64,000 bases of DNA from Octopus vulgaris (taxonomy: Eukaryota): positions 88,474,001 through 88,538,000 of the forward strand of contig OX597820.1 of assembly GCA_951406725.2 (NCBI GenBank), in the 5' to 3' direction. The translations under genes were made by a program, and so were the position numbers. Positions 42,150 through 55,011 of this stretch are shown in pieces; within the stretch, counting starts at the first letter, position 1; every line of letters starts with the position of its first letter. Below the pieces are notes generated by a model. That model was given only the letters and a program-made list of their open reading frames with translations, did not search any database and had not been told where the DNA came from.

Positions 42150-42545
42150 TATACCAGGTTGGAAAGGATATCCTGTCGCATTTCAAGATGGGAAATAAAT
42201 ACACGCTTCTTTGGTTTTAATTTATATATTTAAGAAAGATATTATTTCCCCCCCCCCTCATTATTGATAATATGATCCCATTTATTCGGCAATTTGTAGA
42301 TCCCTCGGGCGTAAAATTTTTCAGGTTTCAGAGCAAAAGGAACAAAAAAAAAAAAACACTCAGCATCATTTTTAATATCTTCACAAACCATTTTCCCTCC
42401 AAATAAGGTTGCAATAATCTGAAAAGATGATAATCAGATGGAACAAGGTTGGGTGAGTAAGGATGATGAGGCAAAAACTTTCATATTTAGCGTCATGTTT
42501 TCTTAAGTGATTTGGTGAAATGTAGCCTTGCATTATGGTATAAGT
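42150..42545 (-). mobile_element. mariner (DD34D-type) transposase C-terminal relic
   Basis: PYSPNLVPSDYHLFRLLQ and FALKPEKFYARGIYKLPNKWDHIINNEG motifs. Confidence 0.85.
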
Positions 42546-42759
42546 CGCTACATAATACACATTTAGTTCCCACTTAGTGTGATATTTCTGGTATGTTACG
42601 GTTAATTTCTTTTTGCATCTTTTATTTGTCCAATAGCGCTCACTCGATCAATAAATAAATTTAGCGTAACAGCAGGCACTCAAAGAGTGTGATAGAATTT
42701 ATAAAGAAATTAGGTATTATAGGTTGATTTAACTTAGCCATAGTCAATGAGATATATCG

Positions 42760-42955
42760 GCGCAGATGTGGCCGTATGGTTGGAACTTTGCCGCCACGTT
42801 AGGGTAAGTGTCTTCCACAATAGCACCAAGCCGACATAAGCCTTGTAAGTGGATTTGGTTGGCGAAAACTGAAAGAATGCCGTCGTATATAAATGTGTGT
42901 GTGTGTGTGAGTGTGTGTGTTTGTGTGTGTGTTTGTGTTTGTGTGTGTGTGTGTT

Positions 42956-43013
<58 letters not shown>

Positions 43014-43141
43014 TGAGTTTGTCCCATGTCTCCGCTTGAGAATACTTAAAAAAGTATTGGGTTTGATTCATTCGACTAAAAGTTCTTCATGGCGGAGCCC
43101 CAGCAAAGCTACAGACTAATGATAGAAACAAGCAAAAGGCA

Positions 43142-43145
<4 letters not shown>
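42760..43145 (+). mobile_element. SINE family A, diverged and internally deleted
   Basis: Head, GCCTTGTAAGTGGATTTGG core and tail are recognisable. Confidence 0.65.
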
Positions 43146-43172
<27 letters not shown>

Positions 43173-43177
43173 ATTCT

Positions 43178-43430
43178 AATTCTAATGCCAAATATGCCGA
43201 AAAAAAGACAAAAATTGTCAATAACCATTATAATTTATGCGTCTCGAAACAAACCGATACAAATTTCTAAAAAAATCCGTTATTACCGTATTGGTCCCAA
43301 TTTCGGGGTTAATTCATAAGAATTTTCCCCTCTTCAGCGATAAATACGTGAGATATAAGTGAAATACTTACTCATACCCATGGTTATTGACAATTTTTGT
43401 CTTTTTTTCGGCATATTTGGCATTAGAATT
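43178..43430. repeat. 51-bp inverted repeat (43178-43228 / 43380-43430) enclosing an HHR, within (TA)n
   Basis: The arms are reverse complements. Confidence 0.9.
43284..43342 (-). ncRNA. Canonical type I hammerhead ribozyme
   Basis: UAUCG-CUGAAGA-GGGG aa AAUUC(uuau)GAAUU aa CCCC-GAA-AUUGG(ga)CCAAU-A-CGGUA. All three stems and the core are intact; AUA cleavage site. Confidence 0.88.
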
Positions 43431-43451
43431 TTTCTTTTGCTCTTATCTTGC

Positions 43452-43492
<41 letters not shown>

Positions 43493-44118
43493 CATACTTG
43501 AAATACCATGCTTCTCACCTCAGGTTTCTATATTCTTTTGTACTCAATGTAAATTTGTCCCGTAAATATATAAACAGCTATATGCTTATACACGAGTGTT
43601 CATCTTGTAAATATTTTCAGTTTTATTTTTCTCTGTATATACCCCTATATAACTACATGTGCTTATGTATGTATATTTTGTATATCAAGCCCAATCGTGT
43701 CTGTCTGCATCGCTAACTCCATATCAGCTCACCTGAATTTCTCTTGAAGCCACTCTTTACCTCACAGAGTTAGTCCTCGATAAAGATTTAGAAATGTAAT
43801 TTCAAATCGTCTGAACACTACTACGACTTTTCTATATTCTGTATCCACGGATCTCACCCATTGAAAATACACACACACACACACACATGCATATATATAT
43901 ATATATATATATATATAACTACACGTGGGCCGTTGGCGATTTCTTCCTTTTCTCTTTGTTTAGAGTTTTCCTTTACTCCTTTCCGACAGGGAGCTATGCG
44001 CGAAACGTTAAACTCCCCACTTTCACCGAGCGTCAACCTAATACACTTCTTGTGCACGTCCACATGTTCGTTGATTTTGTTTTGTTTTTTATTCTTTTAT
44101 ATATATATGTGTGTGTGT

Positions 44119-44424
44119 GTGGAGGCGCAATGGCCCAGTGGTTAGGGCAGCGGACTCGCAGTTGTAGGATCGCGGTTTCGATTCCCAGACCGGGCGTTGT
44201 GAGTGTTTATTGAACGAAAACACTTAAAGATCCACGAGGCTCTGGCAGGGGCTCGTGGCGATTCCTGCTGTACTCTTTCGCCACAACTTTCTCTCACTCT
44301 TTTTTCTGTTGGCCTGCTCGCTTAGCCAGCGGGATGGCGTCATTTGAAGGCTAAAACAAGGCGAAGCGCATTGTAACCAGCGATGTGTAGCAACATCTGA
44401 TAGCCTGGTCGGTCACGTGACGTG
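44119..44424 (+). mobile_element. tRNA-derived SINE, family C
   Basis: Close copy of 12007-12309. Confidence 0.85.
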
Positions 44425-44444
44425 ATATATATATATATATATAT

Positions 44445-45238
44445 AATCAACTAATAAGGGTGAGAAAATTGGATACTAATTTAATAGTACATCCACTTAA
44501 CACCAAGTGGCTTAGTGCATAAAAACCTGAGCTACAGATATGTTATGTGAGTAAAATTACATAATTTATTAATAGCGAAACAATTGTCCTGAACAAATCT
44601 GCATTTTTGTTATTTTTATTTGCCCTGTTCGTTTGTGCTAGTAGTCGTGCTAACTTTCATCGGAAACAATTCTTTGTGGCTGAAACCTAGCGGATCTATT
44701 TTTAGTGCTAGAGTCGACCACATAGTGGTTACTCTCTTATATTTATGTATAAAATTCATTGTAATCCAGGTTTTTATGCACTAAGCCACTTGGTGTTAAA
44801 TGGATGTACTATTAAATTAGTATCCAATTTTCTCACCCTTATTAGTTGATTGTAATTATACTACATTTAATTTTGGATGTAGTATCTGTTTCCGTGAATT
44901 TTGGCGGGCTGTGGCAGGGGCACTTGAATTATAACAGCGAATGCAATCGACTGAACCACACGTGTGTTTATCGTTATGGTAAAATCTAGCATGCGGTTGA
45001 GTAAATTGTATTCTGGACGGGTTCGGCTGAAGAGCTACAGATATGTTATGTGAGTAAAATTACATAATTTATTAATAGCGAAACAATTGTCCTGAACTAA
45101 TCTGCATTTTTGTTATTTTTATTTGCCCTGTTCGTTTGCGCTAGTAGTCGTGCTAACTTTCATCGGAAACAATTCTTTGTGGCTGAAACCTAGCGGATCT
45201 ATTTTTAGTGCTAGAGTCGACCACATAGTGGTTACTCT

Positions 45239-45245
<7 letters not shown>
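44445..45245. mobile_element. PLE-like non-coding cassette: 85-bp inverted repeat (44445-44529 / 44767-44851) plus 214-bp direct repeat (44529-44742 / 45032-45245)
   Basis: Both duplications are directly visible, the cassette is flanked by (TA)n, and an HHR-like motif lies at 45019-45200. Confidence 0.7.
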
Positions 45246-45295
<50 letters not shown>

Positions 45296-45337
45296 AATGA
45301 GAGAACAGAAAATGGAATTCACGATATTCTTTGTTAT

Positions 45338-45384
45338 TCACAACAATCGTTTCGACCTATCTGGCATCGGTCCCTCGCAGGTGA
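45338..45384 (-). ncRNA. Degenerate HHR motif
   Basis: UCAC-CUGCGA-GG-GACC(gaugccagaua)GGUC-GAAAC-GAUU-GUU-GUGA; the core is one base short or altered. Confidence 0.55.
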
Positions 45385-45825
45385 GATACTGTGCATCCTT
45401 CGGCGCAGATGTGTCCCGTCAGGTAACGTTTCAAAAAGTACTTCGCTCAATAAACTCGGAGACTGTAGGCAACCAGCTGCAGGCAAATGACGATTGCATT
45501 ATAATAGAACCAAGCAAAACCGAGTTTCACACAGTGTCGTTAAGAAGCTCGCAATACAACTTCGTGTTTCTAGATTCAGCCACAGCACGCGGTACCTTGG
45601 TCAGTGCCTTCTACTATAGCCTCGGACTGATCAGTGCCTTATGCATGAATTTGGGTGCGGAAACTGTGTGGAATCCCATCATATTTAAATGTGTGTGTTT
45701 CTAATACTTGTGTTTGTCTCGCTTCCGCACCGCTTCAGAACTGGTGTTGTTTTTTCTTGCGTCATGTAAATTAGCAGCTCGGCAAAAGAATCCAATAAAA
45801 TAAGTACCAGACTTTAAAATAAGTA

Positions 45826-46230
45826 CAGGAGTGGCTGTGTGGTAAGTAGCTTGCTTACCAACCACATGGTTCCGGGTTCAGTCCCACTGCGTGACATCTT
45901 GTGCAAGTGTCTTCTACTATAGCCTCGGGCCGACCAAAGCCTTGTGAGTGGATTTGATAGACGGAAACTGAAAAAAGCCCGTCGTATATATGTATATATA
46001 TATGTGTGTGTGCATGTTTGAGTGTCTGTGTTTGTCCCCCTAGCATTGCTTGACAACCGATGCTGGTGTGTTTACGTCGCCGTCACTTAGCGGTTCGGCA
46101 AAAGACACCGATAGAATAAGTACTGGGCTTACAAAGAATAAGTCCCGGGGTCGATTTGCTCGACTAAAGGCGGTGCTCCAGCATGGCCGCAGTCAAATGA
46201 CTGAAACAAGTAAAAGAGAGAGTAAAGAGA
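45826..46230 (+). mobile_element. SINE family A, full length
   Basis: Matches the consensus; older family A fragments flank it. Confidence 0.9.
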
Positions 46231-46415
46231 GGTCAATTTGTTTGACAAAAGATTCCAGAGCGATACTCCAGGATGGGATGGCCACAGTCCAATAACTGAA
46301 GCAAAATTACACAAGCTGGAAATCAAATGCGTATGATTTAGCGAATAGCAGAAAACCACCCGGTAGACGATGTTTCTGCCAGCATTAGTGTATATAAGAG
46401 AAAGATTAGGATATC

Positions 46416-46773
46416 AGTATAACATAAGTTTAATGACGATTACAATTGTTTAAACAGCATTCCGTTTCACACTACATTACACGTAAATGATTATGGGTGA
46501 TAAATTACACAAGTCTTGTATAAATTATAGACGGTTGAAATCATGAAGAATGCAATCCTCTTCAGGCACCGATTAATCTAGTTATCATGCATGATATCCT
46601 GTATGATAAATACATTAGTAAGTGCTTGGTGCCGATGACATTTCCACGATTCCGAGCATCTATAACTTATACAGTTCTCGTGAAATTAATAACATAATTA
46701 TCTATGTATAATGTGGTGTGAAACGGAATGCTATTAAACCAATTGTAGCCGCTATTAAACTTATGTTATACTT
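46416..46773. repeat. Diverged ~65-bp inverted repeat
   Basis: AGTATAACATAAGTTTAAT...GCATTCCGTTTCACAC, with its reverse complement at ~46708-46773. Confidence 0.75.
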
Positions 46774-47049
46774 TATCTTTATCGTTCTCCTTTATTTTTC
46801 TCTGTGAATATACTTAGCAATTCTTATTATCGGTGGTATGTATCTTGATTTCCTATACCTATTGGCTTTAATTTTATGGAATCATCACATTAAAATTCAA
46901 ATTTGAACATGTAAGTAGCCGAGAATTCGTATTCTGTGCTGCATGAGGTATACGCCAAGAATTTACTAAATCCAAATTTACCGTATTTATTTACACATTT
47001 ACTTTATGCATCAATTTACCTCAAGTATATAAATGCCATTTGTTGAATC

Positions 47050-47244
47050 GTTAGCTCCTGCACGCATTTTTTTCCTCTCCTTGTTTCTCTCCGTGTTTCT
47101 TTTCTGTGTATCTTTCTGTTGAAGAGCGTAGGCTCGAAACGTAAAAGACTTGTTTTATTTCTATTCCTGAGCGCCATACTAATACAATCGTTTGTTTGTA
47201 ATCCACCTGCCTTCGTCTTTTGTTTATTTTCGTAAAGCTTCCCG

Positions 47245-47246
<2 letters not shown>
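47050..47246 (+). mobile_element. Family X repeat with HHR-like motif at 47111-47148
   Basis: TCTTT-CTGTTGA-AGAGC(gtag)GCTC-GAAAC-GTA-AAAGA. Confidence 0.75.
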
Positions 47247-47280
<34 letters not shown>

Positions 47281-47282
<2 letters not shown>

Positions 47283-47678
47283 TCTTTTACTTGTTTCGTC
47301 ATTTGACTGTGGCCATGCGGGAGCACCACCTTTAGTCGAGCAAATCGCCCCCAGAACTTATTCTTTGTAAACCTAGTACTTATTCTATCGGTCTCTTTTG
47401 CCGAACCGCTAAGTTACGGGGACGTAAACACACCAGCATCGGTTGTCAAGCGATGTTGGGGAACAAACATAGACATACAAACATATACACACACATACAT
47501 ATATATACATATATACGACGGGCTTCTTTCAGTTTCCTCTACCAAATCCACTCACAAGGCTTTGGTCGGCCCGAGGCTATAGTAGAAGACACTTGCCCAA
47601 GGTACCACGCAGTGGGACTGAACCCAGAACCATGTAGTTCGTAAGCAAGCTACTTACCATGCAGCCACTCCTAAGCCT
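47281..47678 (-). mobile_element. SINE family A, full length
   Basis: Reverse complement of the consensus. Confidence 0.9.
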
Positions 47679-47689
47679 ATATATATATG

Positions 47690-47721
<32 letters not shown>

Positions 47722-47802
47722 CCAAGGAGTTTTCGTTAACTGACGTCAAGTAATAAGTATGTACTATGAGTGGTTAGTTTTGTTTACCATTAAAACCCCG
47801 GC

Positions 47803-50730
47803 TTGTACTCTACTGGTGCTAAAACCTTACATTCAGAGATTACGTGGTCCACTGTTTCAACCCCATCGTTGCACTATCAGCACTATCAGTCTACTCCATT
47901 TTTCATCACATCAGCTTGGTAGTTCCGGGGTCAATAAACTCTGATCTTGAGCAGTTAAGATAAAACTTTCGCTCTCTGCCTTTAATCCTGAGCTTTGTAA
48001 CCATTGAAGGGTGTGCTTCTGGTCTACATCAGCTTGTTTGCTACGTGCCACATATTTGCCATGCAGAGGTTTTTGTTCCCACCTTTCAACCAGTCGTTCA
48101 AGTGCATTTTGCTTTGCTATTGATTTCACCTTCTTTGCAACAACAGTTGTCACACTTCCATCATGCTGTTCAACCTAGGTATTATGCATGAATTCACTAG
48201 CAAATTTTTGGCTCTCCTTCATGACAGAATGAAGCTTCTTGCGTCTCTCGTGGTTTTCAATAAGTTTTAGCATCCAGTCGTTAGATGTTTCAAGATAATT
48301 AGCCAGTCCAATTGTGGTGGTTTTGTAAGAGATTTCAAATTAGATCAAGCCTCTGTCTCTTTGGACTCTGAGAATGTAAAGATGATCTGCGTCTGCCTTT
48401 AGGTAGTGCATCTTATTGCATGTCAGCAGCTTATGGATTTTCTTGTCAATTATTTTGCTTAGGCATAGCTATATTAATAACCTGGTATTAGAACTCAATA
48501 CACATATGCTTCAGAACAAGGAATAAGCCGATTACAGAGCAATAATATGAAATTAAAATGATAAAGAAATTATGTCCTGAATTTGAACTTCATTAGCTTA
48601 TAGCTGTTTCTGCTATAAGGTGCAATGCACTTATAGTTGAATGTTTGTGCATCACTCTTTAGCTTCATGCACAGAAATGGCTGTCTGTTTGAGAAACTTT
48701 CTTTGTACCTATCTGCAACTGAAAAATGTGATGTTAAGACTGCCTATCCGAAGGTGGCTAGAAGTGGTTTCTCCTTGAGCAGGAGGATATCGATTAAAAT
48801 ATATACGTATATACACTTGGACCAGTTTCTAGTTTGACATACTGTCTTACCTTCTTAATATCCAAATACTAAGAAATATATAGCATTGGGTTATATAGTT
48901 ATGTGAAGAATGTTTTCGGCCCGTTCACCCGACAAGGGTTAATTTTCAGTGTTATTATTGATGGTTTAAATGAAGATTTTAACTTATATTTCTAGCAGGC
49001 AGGCACATTTGTGTGCCCTTATGATAGATATAAATTTTAATTCTGTAGCTATGTAATGCTATTTTAGGCCAGCAACCGCCTATATTATTGATGTTATAAC
49101 TATGATAACATTTATATAAATACTCACTCCTGAATACATGCTTCTTATTGGTATGTATGTGTGTGTGTTTTATCTTTTATTTCTTAATTCTTTCAGTCAT
49201 TGGACTGCAGTCATGCTAGGGTACCGCTTTTGCGTCTTTAGTAGAACAAACCAACATCAGTGCTTGTTTTTCTAAAAGTCTAGAACTTATTCTATCGGCT
49301 TCTTTTGCCCAGCTGCTAGGCTACGAAGGCGTAAACAAGCGGCGGTAAACAAACACAAAACGCAATGACACTCAAATACATACACACACATTCATCTAAG
49401 TGTGGCTGCATTTGGCTATATAAGTCCTGGGGTCAATTTGTTCGATTAAAACCCTTCAAGGCGATGCCACTGTATGACCGCAACCAAGTAAAATATAAAA
49501 GATAAACGATTTATATACACAATATATAAACGATATATAAAAGATAAACGATTTATACACACGCATGTACACACACACACACACGCTCACACAATATCTG
49601 CTGTCTACATCTCACTCGCAACACTGCCTCATGAAGGTCACTGCTATTCCTCACTTCCACACTAACCATAGTGATATCCGTTTGGGCAGCTGACGGCGGC
49701 AATGCACATATTTTACTCGACTGTGAACTTCTTATATCTTACTCTCGTTATTCTGGGTTGTCCTTCATAGTAGAAGATATTTGCCCAACGCGCCGCATTG
49801 TGGGACTGAACACGAAACCAGATAGGTACAAAGAAATTTTCTCAAACAGACAGCCGTTTCTGTGCATGAAGCTAAAGAGTGATGCACAAACATTCAACTA
49901 TAAGTGCATTGCACCTTATAGCAGAAACAGCTATAAGCTAATGAAGTTCAAATTCAGGACATAATTTCTTTATCATTTTAATTTCATATTATTGCTCTGT
50001 AATCGGCTTATTCCTTGTTCTGAAGCATATGTGTATTGAGTTCTAACACCAGGTTATTAATATCGCTATGCCTAAGCAAAATAATAGACAGGAAAATCCA
50101 TAATCCGCTGACATGCAATAAGATGCACTACCTAAAGGCAGACGCATATCATCTTTATCTTCTCAGAGTCCAAAGAGACAGAGGCTTGATCTAATTTGAA
50201 ATCTCTTACAAAACCACCACAATTGGACTGGCTAATTATCTTGAAATATCTAACGACTGGATGCTAAAACTTATTGAAAACCACGAGAGACGCAAGAAGC
50301 TTCATTCTGTCATGAAGGAGAGCCAAAAATTTGCTAGTGAATTCATGCATAATACCTAGGTTGAACAGCATGATGGAAGTGCAACAACTGTTGTTGCAAA
50401 GAAGGTGAAATCAATAGCAAGCAAAATGCACTTGAACAACTGGCTGAAAGGTGGGAACAAAAACCTCTGCATGGCAAATATGTGGCACGTAGCAAACAAG
50501 CTGATGTAGACCAGAAGCACACCCATCAGTGGCTACGAAGCTCAGGATTAAAGGCAGAGAGCGAAGGCTTTATCTTAACTGCTAAAGATCAGAGTTTATT
50601 GACCCCGGAACTACCAAGCCGATGTGATGAAAAATGGAGTAGACTCAAAGTGCTGATAGTGCAACGATGGGGTTGAAACAGTGGACCACGTAATCTCTGA
50701 ATGTAAGGTTTTAGCACCAGTAGAGTACAA
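47803..50730. repeat. ~912-bp inverted duplication (47803-48715 / 49819-50730)
   Basis: The arms are reverse complements with scattered substitutions; ORFs 47911-48153(-) and 50482-50676(+) encode nearly the same peptide. Confidence 0.92.
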
Positions 50731-51425
50731 ATCAACACATGTCAGCGTTGGCCAACACTGGATAATATATCGGCATTATAAAATCGTAACTACTGACAAA
50801 TGGTACAAATACCACCCGGTGGCTGTAACTGAGGGAGGAAAATGTAATGATTGATTGGGCCTTGCCAGTTCATACAGACCAGACCATCAAAGCTAATAAA
50901 TCAGATATTGTTGTGAAAGAACAAAACAATAAAATCTGCTTATTAATTGACATGAGCATATCTTGTGACCATAATATCTCGGCAAAAGAATTTGATAAGC
51001 TCAGAAAATATAAAGATTTGCTGATTGAAATTGAAAAAATACCAGTGATTGTAGGAGCATTTGGAATGATCAAAGAAAGAACTGAAAATTATTTGAAGAT
51101 AATCTCTGACTTACCATCCACGCAGGAAGTGCAAAAGATTGTCTTCAATGGTACATCACACTTATCAAGAAGAGCATTGTCATTATGAATTTTCTTTTCT
51201 TTTCTCCTTTCTTTTCTTTGTTTTCTTTTCTTTTCAGCTTTTTATTCTTTCTTTCTTTCCTTTTTCTCTCTGTCTTTCTTCCCCTCCTTTTTCTATCATA
51301 TGGCTTTGTAAATGAATATTCTAGAGTGTTTATTTTACTGGCCTACCAATGTATACAGTGAGTTTCTTTGCTCTAAGTGATGGGAAGACACGCGGCAAGA
51401 AATGGAAACAAAGTCGAAAGAAGAC

Positions 51426-51426
<1 letters not shown>
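50075..51426 (+). mobile_element. R4/Dong-like LINE 3' part with REL endonuclease, decayed
   Basis: LHGKY...WLRSSGLKAESEGFILTAKDQSL and KANKSDIVVK...LLIDMSISCDHNISAKEFDKLRKYKDL; followed by (TAA)n. Confidence 0.88.
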
Positions 51427-51476
<50 letters not shown>

Positions 51477-51590
51477 AATGATGAATATGATGATGATGAT
51501 GATATGTATATGTATATATATGCTTGTGTGCGTGTGTGTATTTGGCATTAATAAAATACCAAAAATATATGTGGTATGTTATGCTTTAGA

Positions 51591-51688
51591 AAACATACAC
51601 CTGTTTCGTAACTTAACTGCCATGATTATATAATTTGCTTGTTGAAATTTTATATAATCAGATTACATAAACCAGCTCGTCAGGGTTT
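51591..51688 (-). ncRNA. HHR with canonical core and long stem II
   Basis: AAACC-CUGACGA-G...UGAUUAUAUAA...UUAUAUAAUCA...C-GAAAC-AGGU-GUA-UGUUU. Confidence 0.7.
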
Positions 51689-52047
51689 ATCGATAAAATA
51701 TCCCTGGTATTTTCCTAAATTTTTAATTATGTTTTTATTGAATGCTTTACTTGTTTTCTGCATTTTATTAACATCGTTGTGTGTCACATGCTCTGTACGC
51801 TCGTCAATTCCGCAACCTGATAACTCGTGCCATGCGGCACTGGATATAGGAGAGGCGTGTGGGACGTACTACTAAGCCCGAACTTTGGTTAGTGACACGC
51901 TTCACAGCGCATACATACATGCATACATACACACACACACACACAGTGCATGCATACGCATACACACACTCACATACATACATACATACATATATATGTG
52001 CGTGTATCGCAAGTATATATATATATGTATGTATATATGTATGTATG

Positions 52048-52084
<37 letters not shown>

Positions 52085-52086
52085 AT

Positions 52087-52381
52087 AATCAAAATAAGCA
52101 ACAAGGATATCCAGAGGTAATGCAGTACGATAAGCAGTAACTTCTCTGCTGGAGTGGACACAGCATGTTCTTTGTCTATCCCCTTAACTTCTTGGAGATT
52201 TTAGGTATAATTATATATACTGTGTCCATCTGTTCTAATTTAATTAAATTCTATGTCTTTGTGCAGTTGAGGATTGTCCTACATTTTAAATTGATGTAAT
52301 GATTGCATTATTCAATTAAATGGGTTGCATGAAACGATCGTACTGCATTACCTCTGGATATCCTTGTTCTTTATTTTGATT
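52087..52381 (+). mobile_element. PLE-like cassette: ~45-bp inverted terminal duplication plus long-stem-II HHR (52262-52347, C3U)
   Basis: UGCAG-UUGAGGA-...-GAAAC-GAUC-GUA-CUGCA. Segment 52087-52131 is the reverse complement of 52337-52381. Homologous to 57920-58155. Confidence 0.75.
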
Positions 52382-52471
52382 TTAATCACCTTACTTTGAA
52401 ATTGTATGGATAATACCGTTCTAAATTCTGGTGCCTCAACTTAAGTACCATATTCATCTGAATCTCTCTCA

Positions 52472-52521
<50 letters not shown>

Positions 52522-52562
52522 ATCTCTCTCTCTCTATCTCTCTCTCTATATATATATATATC

Positions 52563-52610
<48 letters not shown>

Positions 52611-53099
52611 ATATATATATATATATATATATCCTATCTATATCTATATATATACATACATACATACATACATACATACATACATACATACATACATACA
52701 TACATACATACATACATACATACATACATACACATGCATACAGATATATGTACATATATATAATACACGCACACACACACACATATATATATATGAGATA
52801 TATGTAACTCAGTTGATCGGTTGATCGGCTGACACCTGATGCCATGGAGAGGATGTCTTCCATGAAGATTTGCCGGATTAGACGGTGGAAGAATGTGTAA
52901 TAATTGTTGGCAAGTAGATAAACAATGGTTTATAAGAGCAACTGTTTGGCACTGGAAACGGTTTGAACAAGATTTATGAGCAAAGAAACCACTAGAGATA
53001 TTTGTTTAATAAAACAGCAGCACAGAGTGAAATGACTTGCAAAGCCATAACGGAAGAAGGAGATGTTAACTGGTGTTGGAGTTTGTGGGGCGGCGGTTG

Positions 53100-53652
53100 T
53101 GATGTGGAGGTAGTGGTGGTGGTGGTGGTGGTGGTGGTGGCGGTGGCGGTAGTGGTGGCATGAGTTATGGAATGATGTTGTTGGTGGTGGTGGTGGTGGT
53201 TGTGGTGGTGGTGGTGGTAATGTGTTCTTGGGTGTTGCTTTTGGCTGTGTTGGTGTTAGTAGAGGTGGTTGTGGTGTTAGATTTTGTGGTGCTAGATTTT
53301 GTGGTGATGATGTTAGTGATGTAAGTGGCGTTGGCGATGATAGTGACGGCGGTGGTGGCGGCGGTGGTGGTGGTGATAGTGTTAGCAGGGCGGTACGGTG
53401 GCGGTGATGGTGATGGTGTTGGTGTTGGTGGTGGTGTTGTTTATGGTGGGAGAGAGGAGGGAGAGAAAGTGTGGTGTCTTTTTTGTTTTAATTAACAAAT
53501 CTGGCTGGTTGTGAATTAATATTTACAAAGTGGAAATTATATAAAGATGATGTGAGTTAAAGAGAGAGAGAGAGACAAAGAGAGGCGGGAGAAAGCGAGA
53601 GAGAGAGAGAGACGAGAAAGAGAAGGGTTGACAGAAAGAGGGAGACAGAAAT

Positions 53653-53684
<32 letters not shown>

Positions 53685-53699
53685 AGGTGAGGAAAGAGA

Positions 53700-53740
<41 letters not shown>

Positions 53741-54510
53741 TGTATGTATGTTTGTGTCTATGTGATAGGGGTAGCAGAAAAGACAAGAACTGGTGAAGAA
53801 GAAGAAGAAGAAGAAGAAGAAGAAGAAGAAGAAGAAGAAGAAGAAGAAGAAGAAGAAGAAGAAGAAGAAGAAGAAGAAGAAGAAGAAGAAGAAGAAGAAG
53901 AAGAAGAAGAAGAAGAAGATGCAATAATAACAATAACAACAACAACAGTAGACGAAATATTAAAGAAAAATCCAATACAGGCGGAAAAAAAATGTTTTTA
54001 TTTATTTATTTATTTTTCTTAAGAAAACATTGCTGGAGGTTTTGAGGTTGGAACATTAAGGACTGAGAGGGGCCCGCATGGTGGTGGTGGTGGTGGTGGT
54101 GGTGGCGGTGGTGGTGGTGGTGGTGGTGATGGTGGTGGTGATGGTGAAGGTGTTGATTGTATGGTGGCAGTAGTGGTAGTAGAGGGGGTGGTGGTGATAG
54201 AGGTGGTGGTGGTGGTGGTGGTGGTGGTGTAGGGATTTTTGGTGTGGTGGTATCGGGGGTGGGGCGGGGTGGGGGGAGGGGGAGGGATGTATGAGGCAGG
54301 AGAATACAAACAACAGCAGGCGCAGTAACAAATATGGATTGATGTAAGGAACAAAATTACTAGTGAGAAGAAAAAAAAAACAAAAACAAAATTAAAAAAA
54401 AACAACAACAACAAAAGCAACAAAGTCCCAAAAAATTATAAAGACATAAAAACAATATGTGTGTGCTTGCGTGTGAGTGTATATGTATATACACACATAT
54501 ATACATATAA

Positions 54511-54573
<63 letters not shown>

Positions 54574-54969
54574 CATTTATATATGTATACATAAACGCAT
54601 ACAAATATGTATACGTGTGCTTGTGTGTGAGTGTATATGTATATACACACATATATACATATAAATACACACACACACATATATATATATATATACAGAC
54701 ATTTATATGTATACATACATGCATAAAAATATATATACATACATCAGTAAACACATATATGCATATGTACATGCATACATATGTATTTATACACAGGCGC
54801 TCACATCTATATATATATATATATACACATACATACATACATACATACATACATACATACATACATACATACATGCATGCATACATGCATATATAACAAA
54901 TACATACATATATACATACAAACATACATGCATGCATGCATACATACATTCATACATACATAAACAAAC

Positions 54970-55011
<42 letters not shown>

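Noticed and set aside
49870-49945. Hairpin followed by GAAACAGCTATA (mirror copy at ~48590-48665)
   Set aside because: It may be an HHR relic, but there is no properly placed CUGANGA or stem I, so it was not counted.
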